From Tubiluchus corallicola (taxonomy: Eukaryota > Animalia > Priapulida): 64,000 nucleotides of DNA. A model generated the notes under the pieces. That model saw only the letters and a program-made list of their open reading frames with translations, was not told where the DNA came from and searched no databases. The number at the start of each line of letters is the position of its first letter. Within the stretch, counting starts at the first letter, position 1. The stretch lies in contig JAQGDQ010000030.1 of assembly GCA_030141605.1 (NCBI GenBank), positions 851,171 through 915,170 on the forward strand, written 5' to 3'. The translations under genes were made by a program, and so were the position numbers. Positions 1-13,860 of the stretch are shown piece after piece.

Positions 1-379
1 ACGTTAATTCAAGATGCTACACCAGCAACTATATGCCCTAGTTTCTGTTTTTCTCACGTGATAAAGCCATCAATTTTCAACAGATATACTTGACATATAA
101 AACACAAAACAGCGCGAAGCCACAGATGTGAGAAAAACTCGGTTTCGTGATGCGCACCACCGATGTTAATACGAAGTCTAATAGGCTGCAAGCCTTCATT
201 TCAACCAATAAGAATGCATATTTAACTAAATAATAAAGTGCTCTATTATTTTTTCTATCATAGTTCTAACAGAAACTTATAATAAAACTGTTTTGCTTCA
301 CGTTGCAGATTGACAAGTTTGCAATAAAACATGTAAATAAACGAATGTCAATCTTAAAGAAACGAATGTGGAAACAAAA

Positions 380-1000
380 CTCACAGAAGGAATAAACAGG
401 AAACGGGGCAAATAATGAAGCAAAGAAGGAGGAACAGAAAGAAGGAGGAAAGAATAGAAAAGCCAGGAGAAATAGGGAAAGAAAAAAGGATCATAAGAGC
501 ATAAGCATAAGGGGGGAAGCAAAATTCGAGACAGAGGGAGGAGAAAGAGAAAAAAATGAAAAAAGAAGAAAGACGAAAGCGAAAAGAAAGAAGGAAACGA
601 AAGAGCGAACGAACGAACGAACAAAGAGCCAAAGAAAGAAGCAAGAACAAAAGAAGGAAAGAGAAAAGGTAAAGACGGAAAGAGAAACTAAGGCCGAAGA
701 AGAAGGCAGTAAACAACGAATGCAGGAAGAAAAGAATAAATAACGAAGAAAAGAAAAATAACGAACGAATAAATAAAGCATGGCATGCAAGAAGGAAGAA
801 AGGAAATTTTGGAGAAAAAAGTGAAAGAAAAATAAAAGAAAAAAGTAAAATAAAAAAGAAAAGGGATATTGAAGGAACGATGGGAACAAGAAAGAAAGAG
901 TAAAATAGGAGAGAGAGATAAAGGAAGAAAGAAAATCAAAAGAAACGAACAATGAAGGAAAAAAGAAAGAGAAGAAGATTTACAGAAAAAAGAAAGGCGA
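380..1000. repeat. Purine-rich (A/G) low-complexity tract
   Basis: Almost only A/G with short GAAA/GAAC units; this explains the Phe/Leu/Ser-rich ORFs on the - strand. Confidence 0.9.
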
Positions 1001-1969
1001 TATTTGATTGTATTTCTAGACATGATAAAATTATTAAAGTTTGCAACATGCTGCAGTCAACTAGCTATTCATGTGTTTAAGTTTGAACTGTCAAAACCTT
1101 GCAAGTTTGTACAGCTTAACTGCTAAGCAGCGAAATGATCTGTTAAACATTCAGCTGCTTCTGGTGTTAACTTTATATCTCAAAGCTTTTTGTCCTAATC
1201 TCCTGCTAAATTAGTGTTGAAACCTGGCTACAAGATTTCCTGCTGTTCCGTCACATCCAGATATTTTATTCGTTTATTTCTTCACTTGTTCATTTACCCA
1301 TACTCATTCATTTACCCATTCATTCGTTCGTTCGTTCGTTTATTCATTTATTCATTCAACAATTTATTCATTTATTTATTCAGTCATTCATTCACTGCAA
1401 AATGCAATGCAAAGTGTTTGAAAATCAACCAAACATCAGAAAGCAAAAAAGGCTTTGTGAGTTTTATCAATTTTTCTTCTGTATGTCCAATCCCACCTAA
1501 CCAACATTTTGCAGAATCAGAAATGTTCTCGCATTTTTGGCTTCCGATAGCTTCTGCACTTATTAATTTTAATGAAATATTTTGATTCAAAGCTTAGAAA
1601 AAAATTGAAGCATGCAAGTATCCTAACTACTGCATTATCATGATAATGATAATTGATTGATTGTAATTGATGGAAAAGATGACAGTTTTCATTACAAAAC
1701 GAACTTAATCTTTTGGATTAGGTATAAAGCAACTCGTGTTCGTTTCACTGGCTTTGTTGCGATGGCTTCGCGTTTTTACAATAGCCTCAGATAACCGTTG
1801 TGTTGTTTGCGTAAACAATAACAAGCAAACAACGCACCGAGCTCACGGCATCTCAACCCATGGACACCCCAGTGGGTGTGGCGATCTGTCAATCACACCT
1901 CATCACGCATCAAATCGATATGATGTAATCGATACTCACCTTACACCGAAGTTCTGTTGTTGTTGATAG

Positions 1970-2118
1970 GTAGCTCCTGGCAGCATTGCTGACGGCAAGG
2001 TTGGCGCTGGAGACGTTGTGCTTACAATAGGAGGTGTAGAGACGTCAGGAATAACTCACATGGATGCACAGGACCTCATACGAGCTTCCGGCAATTGCCT
2101 AACTATGACGGTGATCAA
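1970..2118 (+). CDS. PDZ-domain exon (second half of the PDZ) of a Zasp/PDLIM-related PDZ-ZM protein
   Basis: AG acceptor ends at 1969, GTGAGT donor at 2119. Translates VAPGSIADGKVGAGDVVLTIGGVETSGITHMDAQDLIRASGNCLTMTVIK, matching the ALP/Enigma/Zasp PDZ pattern (GD.I..I.G.....TH..AQ..I). Ends in phase 2, compatible with the exon at 16705. The first PDZ exon was not found in the window. Confidence 0.9.
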
Positions 2119-5100
2119 GTGAGTATTTTTCCCTCAGGGGACCGTAAGGAGCACTTGGGAATTAACGACGTGTATATTTATCTTCTCGAAGCCTGTTGCA
2201 TACCTAAAAATTTCTCCTGGATGTGCATGGAAGCTGGCTAGTTGGTATATTTAGCACACGGGATGAATCCGTGGCGGGCTTCTTTCTCGGGAACGTGTAG
2301 GTGTTTTGGAAATGGAAGTGCAGTGTGTAAATTTAGCGTTGGTGAAGTCCAAGGACTTTGAAACTGTTAGAATATGCCTCCAGGAGATGGTAGTTGTTGC
2401 ACACTAGCTCAGCCTGGTGAACAACATTCAATTGACATAGCTGGTTGGCGTCCTTAATTAACTTTACAAGCACGATTAATTAAGATTATTAACTTCATAA
2501 CTGGAGGAGCCCAACTTCGCAAAAATGTAAAAAAAAAACAGGTTTCATAATTTTCAGTGCAGATTTATATAATTGCTGCTGGAGCCAAAGAGACTAGTTT
2601 CTTTAGTTTGGGGAAAAACTGTGAACTCTTTGGAGAAAAAATGTTAAATCTAGTACTTTTGGAAATGGTTTTGCTATACTTTATTTTTGTTGATAAATAT
2701 TTAGTCATCTGACAAGTACTTACTTTAATATAGATACAAAAATATTTATATACATGTGAGCTTATTTACATACAAAATACAGTTATGCTTTTAGAATACA
2801 TTTGGAAATAACAGGTTTATGAAGTGACCTGACAGGTTACCTTGTTTTTATTGAGAAATACAGATCGTCTGCCCAAAACTGAACATATTTTCATTTATCG
2901 GCTCTTCTGTTGTTTCATAAGTTTTTTTACAAGTGTTACCCCGTTCACTTCCCTGTTATCGAGGCTATTCAAGCCAAATACAAGCGCTGGACACGTCCCA
3001 GAGGGTAATTGGACTAAATTATTAATGACTGTGACCCATTTTTTATGATGAAATCATACAGTCAAACATTGTGCTTCTTTCGCAATACGGATTTTTCTCT
3101 CCGACTCCAGACATTTAACAAGAGTTTTAAGAACGGTGCGGCTTCTTTAGATTCACGTTATTACTGTGTGGACTTAACAGAAATCACGAAATTATTTGAT
3201 TTTAAAGAGTATTAATTAATACCTGACCTGCTCTGGTCTGCTTTTTATCTTGGCAAATCTTTTATGTTGTCCGGTAAAACAAAATTATACAGGTGTGCAT
3301 TCAAATAGGAATGTTTTGCTGGTTATGTTGAAACACTGCACAGGTAAATATTGAAATTAGAAAAAAGTTGAAAAACTATATAATTACGAGTCAATTTTTG
3401 GAAATGTTGATAAGCTATTTTTCTGCAACAAAACAACTTGTCCAGATTACAAATGTTTTTATTGCATAAATAATATAATTATATTATCTATGGCTAACAT
3501 CTCACAGTTTGGTATGCCTATTTCAAGAGCGCCTCGGATTTGGTAGACGGATTTAAAGTTTCGCGGGTGGCGTCATCTGGCGAATAAAAAATGCATAAAA
3601 AGGCTTAGCTGAAACCAAGGAGTATGTCCTAAGATGGAGATATAACAAATCTGGAAAACATTTTATCAGCTATGTATCACATGGGGAGAGGTTGTTTAAG
3701 CAAAAATTTTGCGTTATCAACTTCAAAATGTGGCCAATATTTGTGCTTAGTACTTTTCTGTTCTTCAATCGCCTAGACACCAATAGAACAGAAGCAATTT
3801 ATTATTGTGTTTTAATGCCATTCAGCATGCAGAATAACAAACTTTTTGAGTTTCGTTGTTTTTTATACTCTATTGACCATTTTGTTATGACATTTTGTTG
3901 TTATTTGAAATAACCTTATTTAGACAATGAAACTTTTATTCGTCGTTCAAATCAGATGCATAAAGTTGCACAAAGATGTATGAGAAACATGCTTTTTGCT
4001 AAACACAGTTAAATATTGGAGAAATCATGAAAAATAGTATACGTAACGTTCACCATTTATCGCTTTTCTAAAAGCTGAGTTGAATGATTATAGATAAGTA
4101 AAATTAAGAAAGACACTATCGTTATATTTAGCCTAAAAGGTAATTTTTAAACAGCCCTAAAGGTAATAAAAATAATTCATGAAAAATTCGCGATTAGAAT
4201 TTGGAAACGACATAATCGCGTAGCGGGGCCAACATTGAGGTTGAATACCAGAGTAATGCCGCAAAATTTCAAACTCATTGTGCTAGAAAACTAATCAAAT
4301 TGAGGAGACTACACCTTCGTCTTTCCTTTCTCTTCTCTCTTAGCCTCATTTCTTATTTTATGTTATATATGCTATGTATTTTATGTCATGTTAGGTCACG
4401 TCACGTCACGTTACGTTATGTTATCTTATCTTATCAATTTATCAATACTGTGAGCAGTGAGCGTTATAAAAGTTAAAAGTCATACTTATTAGAATCTGTT
4501 TTAATCTGCATTCTGTGTGTTCTGCATTAGTTTATCCCTTACATGCATGCGTGAGGTTGGTGAGTTTAATGTTGTTAGCGTTCAAGATTTTTTGACTTTG
4601 AATATTTTCTCACTTCGAATGGTCTTATGCATGCTATAATTCGCGTTGTTTACTAATAATAGGAGTGGGTTGTTTTTCTTATTCTAATCTTTGTTTACCC
4701 TAACTCGAACTTAGTAAGGTGAAGCTTTATGAAGATAGATAGAATTGTTGGGCTTAGCTTCGCTCGTTCTTGATTGTTGTGAGCCTCTAAATTGCTAGTC
4801 CAATTCTTTGATCAGCAACAGCTAATTAATTAATTCTATCATTGATTAATGCTGAGATTTAGTTGGCGGGACTAGGTTGGGTTTGACATAGAGCTAATTT
4901 CGTTTAAATTATTTTCTGTAGTGCAAATTGAAATTAAATAACAGGAGATGATGTAAAGTAAATAAGTGAGGATTGTATGGTGAAGTAAGCTTCGATGATG
5001 AACTGAGAATTTTGCTGAATTGTTTGATCGAGTCGAATCTAGTCGAGATGAACCGAGCATGTGTCTAATCAAATCGAGGTGTTGAGTCGATGACTTCAGA

Positions 5101-5404
5101 TGTGTAAAAATGTAATAATGATGGAAAAAATAAAATGACGCAAATTGCTCACAACTGACGAATAATTACAGGTGAGTTACTTTCATGCAAATGTACATTA
5201 ACATATAAATTTTTAGTAGTTACTAGATATCTAGGAAACTCACGGATTAGTAAAAGTCTCCCAGGTTTTCCACCAAGAAGATGGATTACATTTATAAGTC
5301 TTCTCGGAGCCTGGAAGGATGTTAGTTATGCAGTATGTAGCAGGCGCGTCAGTGAAGAATGCAAGCAACAAAAATCAACACACACGTTCCCGTTTTAGTT
5401 TTAG

Positions 5405-5660
5405 TATAAATTCAACTCTACTGGGCATGCGCAGTAGAATCCGCCGCGGTTTTGTTTTCGTTTGTGTGGTCGTCTGGTGGTCGTGCCGGTTGACTGTTTG
5501 TGAAACCCGTTTTCGTGGCTTTAAAGGTTATGACAACTGCAAAATTAGAGGCGACCTGGTTCACCGCAGAGCAAAGTAGAGTGGATCAGTGACGTCATTA
5601 GTAGACCGCCGCAGACCACACTGACCACAATAAAAACGCTGATCTAGCGAAACAGTGAGT
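5405..5660 (+). promoter_or_regulatory. Candidate internal promoter and non-coding first exon
   Basis: TATAAA at 5405-5410, CAGT about 27 nt downstream, locally CpG-rich, CRE palindrome TGACGTCA at 5590-5597, GTGAGT donor at 5655. No ATG-initiated ORF reaches the donor. Confidence 0.4.
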
Positions 5661-7329
5661 TACTTTTTGCTTTTCAGTAACAAATGAATTTATCTTCGCA
5701 TAAGCTCCAAAGCTTTGCTTAATTAAAACTAGACAAACAAAAATAAAGGTTACTTTCGCGCTTGCGCTTTTCACGAGTTTGCAAACTGGCGTTGCGTAAG
5801 CTAAAATTTCCTGGCGATATTAATCATGGGTCACAATTGAGTATTCGATGCCTGTATGCTTACGTTATTGTGCTTATTCATAAACTGATTCACTTGAAAA
5901 CTTTTTTGATTGGTTCATGTTCCAAAACCGTTTGCAGAAATTTTTTTCTTTGATTGGAACTTTTAGCAAAGAATTATGTGACATACTAAGGGTTTACATA
6001 CGTAGTTAAAATTTCAAAGAATTGCTGTTTTCATGCTTACACAAAACTGTTTTCAGTTTTCACAAAAGGGTTTTTAAACATACTGCTGGGCATGTCTAAC
6101 GAATAACGAGTACGCTAAACCGCTAGTATGCATAGTCGAATGAGCTTTCTGCAACATACAACACTGCCTTGTGTTAGTAAATGAGACACTTCATCAACTG
6201 TTAACTTATTCACCAGTTTCATTATTCATTACTGTATTGAGTTTTACAAAAATCAGTTATCCGATACAAATTTCTTTTCGATTAAGATTCGCTAAGTCTA
6301 AATTATTCTAGACAAGCACGGGTGTGAACTCGCAACAAACACGCCCACGGAACTCCCTGCGATAAATATGCGAGGGGGACAGATCGTAGATCCGCCTCAA
6401 GCGAGGTTAGTTTGCGTCGTAATTTTGCCAGAGCTTACGGTTGTTTTACAAGTTCAACAAAGGTAACAAGAGAAGATATGTGCTGTTATTTTTATATACA
6501 GTTTTGCATTCTGCGAGCAGGAATATATCGTTATTAGCAAGCCCTACTTTTTGTAGGCGTATGAGTAGTATGAGCCTATCTTGTGATATAAGACGTTTAT
6601 TGCTGGCGCAAGCTTCAATTTAAAATTTATTATGACTTAAGTAAAATTATGAGGTTTTTCAGACAGTAATCATAGCCACTATAATTGAGCCATACTTCAA
6701 AAAGCAATGAAGCTCGTCTTTACGCAAATAACGACTCCCGGCAGACTGCCAATCATAATAAAGTATGTTAAAAATTGAAATCAGGTAATCCAAGAAATTA
6801 AAAATATGTCTCTTTTAAAACTAGTTTTACATTATATAAATTTGTTCAGGATCTTTCGTTTCTAATGGCCTCATTATCATTACCGTGACCACAAAAAGTG
6901 CAAGCTTGACAATAATGTAGTAGTAACATAATATATTAGTCAATGATGAGCTGATGATGTAATAATTTTATATTTATATATATTTATTTCAAAGAAATAT
7001 AAAAAATATTATTAAAAACGCATCAACGCTGCCTGTATTATTGCCGAATTCGCTGTCACAGCTTCAAGTTATCGATTGTATATGTGTGGAGGCTGATGTT
7101 GATGGTAGCGAATGTGACGCTTTAATTATGAGTTACGTGTTTTACTCAATTAATAATTGCTGATCTCTTGGGAAATCATCTTAAGTAGCTGTAAAATTGC
7201 CCTTAATTGTGCGGCTACATGAAGCAACAAAACTAAATACAATGTACTTGTACTCCTATATATCGTATATAATTAAAAGACGTATTCGTATATACATCTG
7301 CTTGAATATATGAGTTTGTAGGCAATTAA

Positions 7330-7447
7330 TTTAATCTTTATTTTTAGCAATTGGGTTTGAATTAAGGCAATTTTAATTACACTGATTTTGTGTATTATAT
7401 TTTATATGGATATTTTTGTCTGAAATAAAATTATAATCAATCAATCA
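7330..7447 (+). mobile_element. 3' tail remnant of a non-LTR retrotransposon
   Basis: ATATGGAT..GTCTGAAATAAA followed by (ATCA)n; the same tail motif occurs on the - strand fragment near 9310-9350. Confidence 0.4.
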
Positions 7448-8689
7448 GTTAAAAGAGAAGGGTTGTGATATACTATATACTGATTTCATTAGTAATGTTA
7501 CTAGATTTCTCTGGAACATTTAATCTTCAGTCTACATATTGCGTTGTTGTACGCACATGTAAGAGCTGACATATTTTGAACTGTAATGATTTTTAATAAA
7601 CATATTGGCACTTCTTAAGTTAACACAAATAAAATACATGGCTACAAAAGGAGGTAATTTAAAGTGTGTTGAAAATTTAATCGTAATAAGTCAACTCTAC
7701 TTGCGCTAGTCATCACCAAATCTGCTGATAAATCCCACAAGGAGAGCTGAAATATTATGATTAAATTTTTAACATCTTTTAAACCACCTCTATTTTTTGA
7801 ACCATTAGGAATAAATCATTATAAGTTATTGGCGTACCCCTTAAAATATCATCTGCGTTCGCTAAATTCGCTGATATCTTATAAACTCAGATACTGATAT
7901 TATGAAATAATTAGCCACTGTTTTTCTAGTGTTTTTATATGATGTCTCTGTTGGAACTTTTGCATTAAGAATGTAAATTGTTATTAACAGCGGTGTACGG
8001 ACTGCCGTCGACTTTCTCGTCCAGTGATCTGCATGAAATGTAAAAATACAGGGACCTTTCAGATATTTCTGGTACATATTTCATATTCGCGTCCAGAAAA
8101 TGGTACAAATACGTTTTATTATCTGCTTCGCGATGTATATGTACTCTACACTGGTTTTCAAGTGTATACTCTTGTATTGCGATATTGCGTGCTTAATCCT
8201 CACAATTCATAAGGGCTGTGATTCATTTTTAATGAGCACACTGAAACTATTGAGTGATAATATAAGAATTTTGATGTTATTTACTAGCGATTAGTAAGCT
8301 ACGACAAGATATCATTCCCGCCAAAAATGTTCAAAAATTTAATTTCAAACAAACTTCTCGAGATAGCACGCTTATTGGGAAGCGAGAGAATATCAGTTGC
8401 GACCAGCTCGATTAATTTGGAGAACTGGACGGTCTACAAATAAAACGTCCTTTAACATTTCTTGAAGCTTCGGGCTTTGCTCGCTACACCAGAAAAGAAA
8501 CTAGTTTTGTTTTGAGTTCTGGTACGGCTGGATAGACAACTAAATTACCACGATCTTACAGATTCTGAATAATATGCCACATTTCGTGCCATTGTGTGCC
8601 ATTTACAATTTGATTCTCATATTTCTTAGAACTTTGATAGTGTATCCTTGAGTAAGTTTTTGCATCCTCAGTATTATAACGGTTGAAGA

Positions 8690-8999
8690 CAGGGCTTGAT
8701 TACGATATAGGCTAGTATAAGCAGGCAGTCTACGGCCTTTCCAGCTTGGTGGACCTAGTAAAAGATTTTTAAATATAATATTTTTGAAAAATAACAACAT
8801 TTTAATATTTTGCATTGCTGAATAATTTATTTAACTTAAAATAGAATTTCAACTTTAGAAAAGGAAGCCCGGGAGTCTGAAAACCCAATTTTAAAAAGTG
8901 GCCTTGATTGTGGCCCTTTATTTGAAATAAAGGATCCCTGTTGAAGGGACCCTATAATTTCATTGACCTGGAGGCCCAAAAGGTCATAATCCGGTCCTG
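8690..8999. mobile_element. hAT-like MITE
   Basis: Imperfect terminal inverted repeats CAGGGCTTGATTA ... TAATCCGGTCCTG; no clean 8-bp target-site duplication (TSD). Confidence 0.5.
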
Positions 9000-9307
9000 G
9001 TTATACGGAAATAAGTAGTAACCTGAAGCGAAAATAAAGGAATCTGTAGGCTATTAAATATAAAATGCTATAAGCAATTACGAGTACTACTACTACTATA
9101 AAAACAAGCTCACGTGAGCTAGAACAGAACAGAATGCAATAAGCAAAGTGAAACTGAAATCAAACTGACAACACGAAGGACACGATCGCATATCACGTAA
9201 AGCATTATTTGTCTACAAAAAGAAAAACAGCAACAAAGCATGCATGCACGTACTAGACATCCCATTCTATGGTGTACGTAGTAAGCCTTTGTAGCACCTA
9301 TAATTTA

Positions 9308-9935
9308 ATTCAATTCAATTCATACGTTCATTTCAGACTTAAAATCCATATAAAACGCACAATTTCAAAAGCTAAATATATACAAGACAGTAAGACTACA
9401 CATTAAGACTAAAATTTCTGAAATTACAATAAAGGAGCATACAAAAGACAAAACACACACATACAAGAGGACATGCAAATTAACAAAATGTACAAAAGAC
9501 AATGCGCACGAAATTAATTCACTAAAATAATGACCGTTTATTACAATAGAAACACATTACAGCGACTCAGTAAATTATTCCACTTTTTAAAAATGCGATT
9601 TATAAAACCTGTCACTCATTTTTAACGCTACAAGCAACATGTATTTTGAATGTCAGACAATAAATGGTGCTAGATACTATAAGCTGCCGTTCTTTATACA
9701 CGTATAAATTGCGGGAGTCTAAGAATGGTACACGTGCCAGATACACTGCAATCATACGTTAATTTAAACAATTTTCTAAAACCGTTATTGTAAGCAACTC
9801 TTAGTCTACTGAGTACTTCGATATTGTAATTAGTCCGCAATGCGTTGCAATATACACAATAACAATTAAAAACTAAAATTTTTAGCTCAATTGAAAATGA
9901 GCTGAATCTTCTAATTAAAGAGCTTACTCTCATAT
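9308..9935 (-). mobile_element. 5'-truncated non-LTR retrotransposon fragment (RTE-X-like C-terminus and 3' tail)
   Basis: ORF 9694-9933 contains RLRVAYNNGFRKLFKL..CSVS, typical of the post-RT region. It is followed by an ATATGGAT..GTCTGAAATGAA tail and (TGAAT)n. The clade call is from recalled motif similarity. Confidence 0.6.
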
Positions 9936-12339
9936 GAAATCAGTTTGTTTTCTGTAATAACTATAATAGCACCTATGGGCAAATTAACTCGGTTAAATAT
10001 GTGACTAAAGCCGCAGCTTGGCTCTTGGTTCAGTAAAAATTAATTTTTGCTGAACTTTGTATGTAAGATGAGTCGTTATGACGGCGTTCTTTTCTTGTTC
10101 GTCTAGTTCAGCTTTAGGTTAATGAGTTCTGCTATTCGCTTATTCAAATAAACGTTCACCGGAAAATGGCTTTATTAAGGAAACTTACTGACTTGACTTG
10201 TGTAACATTTGCGTAGTCCCAAACAGTAACAGTAACATAGCTTATAAGAAGGCTACGTGCTGAGCTGTTTCGCGGGACGATCTCATTCGGTTATTTTGGA
10301 GCTATTTGTATAATAAGCGTATCGCCAATTAGTCCGAGTACCGATGATTGAAATAGCAAGTGTGCTTAATTTTGACTGAGAGTTTTTCCGAGGTAGTATT
10401 CTAGTTTATTTAATACCAGGTCATCATCATCATATGCCCGTTACGTCTATTGTAGACATTGGACAGGCAGAATTCTAGACAGGTACCCTCAAGACAGTTA
10501 AGCACAGCAGTTATCTTGCGAAAAACTAGATACTGCTATGCCAGTGGCTTGTCAGCACCACTTCCGTTCCTACCGAACCAGGTACGGCTCAAGGAAGAAA
10601 CAGTGAATAAATAATGAGAAATGACATGGCCGCTTTTTCTAAAATGGCTACTTGGTTGTTTAAAATGGTCATGATGAATATCTCACTTAGTTGTCCCGTA
10701 CACGACACTGTGGTAGTGGCTTTTGGCGCCTTATTTTAGGTATCAAAGCTCAATTAATCTACTTAAAACAACTGAAATGCCTTCAAGTTTGCTATCTCAC
10801 GACATTTGCTTTTGGTGTGTAATCCTGAGTTTTATAGACTTTTAGAGCCCAATGAGTCCAATGGAAACAATTAAATAATAATTCCTGTTATTGTTACCGA
10901 TACTATAAGTTACCACTTTTTTCAAGGGTTCGTTTCAGATGGTTACCGGAAATTAAAAATAGCCTTATCCCAATAAGTATTACAAATGTGGTTTTGACAC
11001 CTAAAGCTAGATTTTGGTGTTGAAAGAATCTGAAGAAACTCACGAAATTGTCACACTAAATATTTATTATCAGTTAAATTAGTTAATCTGTTGCGAGATA
11101 AGTTACTTAATAACGTTTCTCTTAAAAACGTCATTATCATCATCACCGACCAGCCTGGAAGTGCATGTTATGCGAACTAATACAATACTCATTTTAACAA
11201 GTCAAGACAGTAGGTCTAGTAAACGGACTCTCTTGTTTTTCTCTGTTTTCACATGTGCAAAAAAGTCGAGTTTTTTGACGAAAGTTTGACGAATTCCTTT
11301 TCCGTAGCCATTTGTAAAAACAAACTCGTTGATGAATCTACTCTTGCCGCATTAGTGATTTATTCTGTACGCTTTATAGTCAATCGCCTATTTGGGGTGC
11401 TAGAACAAAATCTGCATACAAATAAGTACATAATTTTTACCATAAGATAGGCTATGACTGTTTGAAATGCTGTTTTTGGAAAATAAGTTTCAGTAAAAGC
11501 AGCAAAAGCTCTTACTGGCAATGGGCAATTTAGTCATCGTTCTTGAACTTTATTACATGCATTTGTATTTAGCAACGTATCCAGCACATGTTTCGTTAGC
11601 CCTTTCTGCTGTTGCTAAATGAATGACTTTCTGTCGCTCTAAATTTTGCGCAAAATTAGCATGGTTCGTAGTTTATACCCACAACAATGTTGAGAAAAAA
11701 CAGAGCATATCAAATTTAGAAGTGATTAATTTTAAACTCTTCACTTTTGTCTACACATGTGGTAAATACACTTCCTCTTCGTTAGCTCCCTATCTTACAG
11801 ATGGCCATTTATCGTGCTAGAACGTCTTCTCTAAATAGCAGCATCACAGATGAGACGCTGGGCTTCCCTCTCCGGATCCCGGGCGCCGCTCAAAGTTCAA
11901 GAGGAATTCTGTGGAAGCCATTCTGAAGGCCATTTATACTCGTCTGCTTGTGTCATTCGATGTAGCATGTTGGAGACCACGAGAGTGTGTTTCAGAGTGA
12001 GCGATCGGCGAAGTTGGTGCTAAACGACAAGCTAATTCAAGGCGTATATAGAACATTTCATTAAGTGTTTTTAATTCGCCCACTTCCAGCTATTGCGTCG
12101 TATTTATGTAATTTTGACAGTTTGGTTAGTGTTTTTGTTTTCGCATTTTCTTCGAGTGACTTACGAACGCAGTATAGAGGGAAGCACCGTCGTTCTGTGT
12201 GCCAAACGCCTCTGCGAAAATTACTGAATTACAAGAGTATCATCTTATGCATAAAACAATCTTGCTTCTGAAGGCGATTTCAAGGGAAAGATTGTTATCT
12301 GAACATCGTGGAAGTTGGAGTATCTGTTAACGTCGCAGT

Positions 12340-12476
12340 ATGAGCGCTCAGAGAGGAGCACCGGTACAATATGGGTACATACCGGATATGAATTTTGAGC
12401 AGCATCCGAGTCGGGGTAATTTTGCTGAAGTAGAACACATGATGGATACGGTTATGGACGATATAGATCAATTGTT
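12340..12476 (+). CDS. Candidate alternative first coding exon A of the PDZ-ZM gene
   Basis: ATG with A at -3; open frame MSAQRGAPVQYGYIPDMNFEQHPSRGNFAEVEHMMDTVMDDIDQL(L); consensus GTAAGT donor at 12477; 137 nt, phase 2, in frame with exon 16705. Confidence 0.6.
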
Positions 12477-12928
12477 GTAAGTATTTTAACACATTTTTCA
12501 GGATATACCACTGTCTCAGTCTCTCAGTTGCGTAGCGGTTTTGTAATAAGTTGCCTTCTTAGTTAACAGCGGCGTCATCCTTTCATTTTTCCAGCATGTA
12601 TCTCAGTAGGCTGTCGTTAAAATCGTCGTTCTCATCACCTTTACCATTATTTTTTTTCATTGTTGGTATCGTCGGTGGTTTAATTTTTTTTCTATTAATC
12701 TAGTAATCTATTATAATTTTGTTCAATCTTAACCAAGCATTGTCAACTTTAAAACAAGATAGTACTCTTCTGATACTTGCCATGGTCATAGCCATAAGAA
12801 AGGTGAACATTTTAAAACACATCTTTTTAGAAGCTTTCGTCCTTCACGGACTTTACCAGGTGTACAGAGGTATACAATATTAAAATTACAGGTAAACTAA
12901 AATTACAGGTGTCATTAAAATAAAAGAT

Positions 12929-13093
12929 GAAGTTTACAATTCTCCACACACAAGAAATTAATTTGTGAAGGGGCTTAGGGTTAGGATTAGTAATAGGATT
13001 AGGGTTAGGGTTGGGGTTGGGTTAGGGTTACGGATGAGTTATTGTTAGCGTTAGGGGTACTGTATGTAAATTGTGTTGGGAATTGTAAGCTCC
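12929..13093. mobile_element. Small MITE-like element with internal degenerate (TTAGGG)n
   Basis: Imperfect inverted termini GAAGTTTACAATTCTCCACACA / TGTGTTGGGAATTGTAAGCTCC enclose TTAGGG/TTGGGG units at about 12975-13056. Confidence 0.55.
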
Positions 13094-13728
13094 TTCCAAG
13101 ACAAAATTTATAAAGAAGCTAAAGCTAAATTAGAGAAACAAATTAAGTTACCAGTTGAGAAAGACAATATCAAAATAAAAATAAAAATAAAAATAAAAAT
13201 GACAATCATCTACTTTCGACTTGATAATTTTCTTTGGCTGACTGATTACATAAATGAATATTTGAAAAAATAAAGGGATAGGTGAATGAATAGAAGAGCA
13301 AAAAGACAGGAACAAGAGAACTCGAGAAAGCATCATCTTAGTACTCTTTGTCACTTTCGCGACTGTCGCGGAAATTGGCAACAGGTTTTAGAGCACAGAA
13401 TTCCTGTATTGCTTTACCTAAACTTGAGGTTTAAATAGTTTTTCTAATAGTTTTCTTGAGTTTCTGACTTCAACTGTCAATCGTGGTTCTGAACTTCTTA
13501 TTTCAAATTCTTACTTCTAAGTTCACATTTCTTACTTTGTTAATTTGCATGAAAACTTGATTGTGACAATCATTAAATTTTATTGTTTCGTTATACCTTA
13601 ATGTTATTTATAATGTTATTTTGATTGTTAACTGGAGTACATCAATTAGCTAATTACATATTAAATTTCTCTTGATCAGCATTTTTTCAGGTTACCACTG
13701 ATGTGAAGTTAAGCGAAATATTGTAAAC

Positions 13729-13860
13729 TGAAGTAAAGTTAAGTGAAGGAAAGTAAAGCATAGTGCAGCACAGATTTTAATCGATTTAAAAATTGAAGTA
13801 AAGTTAAGTGAAGCAAAGCAAAGCATAGAGCATCAGAGATTTTTTAATCGATTTTAAAAT
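13729..13860. repeat. Tandem duplication, 2 x ~65 bp
   Basis: TGAAGTAAAGTTAAGTGAAG..AAAGCATAG..GATTTTAATCGATTT occurs twice. Confidence 0.8.

Noticed and set aside
298-1023. Four overlapping Phe/Leu/Ser-rich ORFs on the - strand resembling membrane proteins
   Set aside because: Artefact of the purine-rich tract, which is stop-poor in several frames.
5100-5177. Strong donor CAG|GTGAGT at 5172
   Set aside because: Nearby upstream ATGs hit stops before the donor and no clear promoter was seen; no exon can be supported.
10422-10600. (CAT)n followed by sequence resembling a reversed RTE/SINE 3' end
   Set aside because: Too short and degenerate to call without a repeat library.
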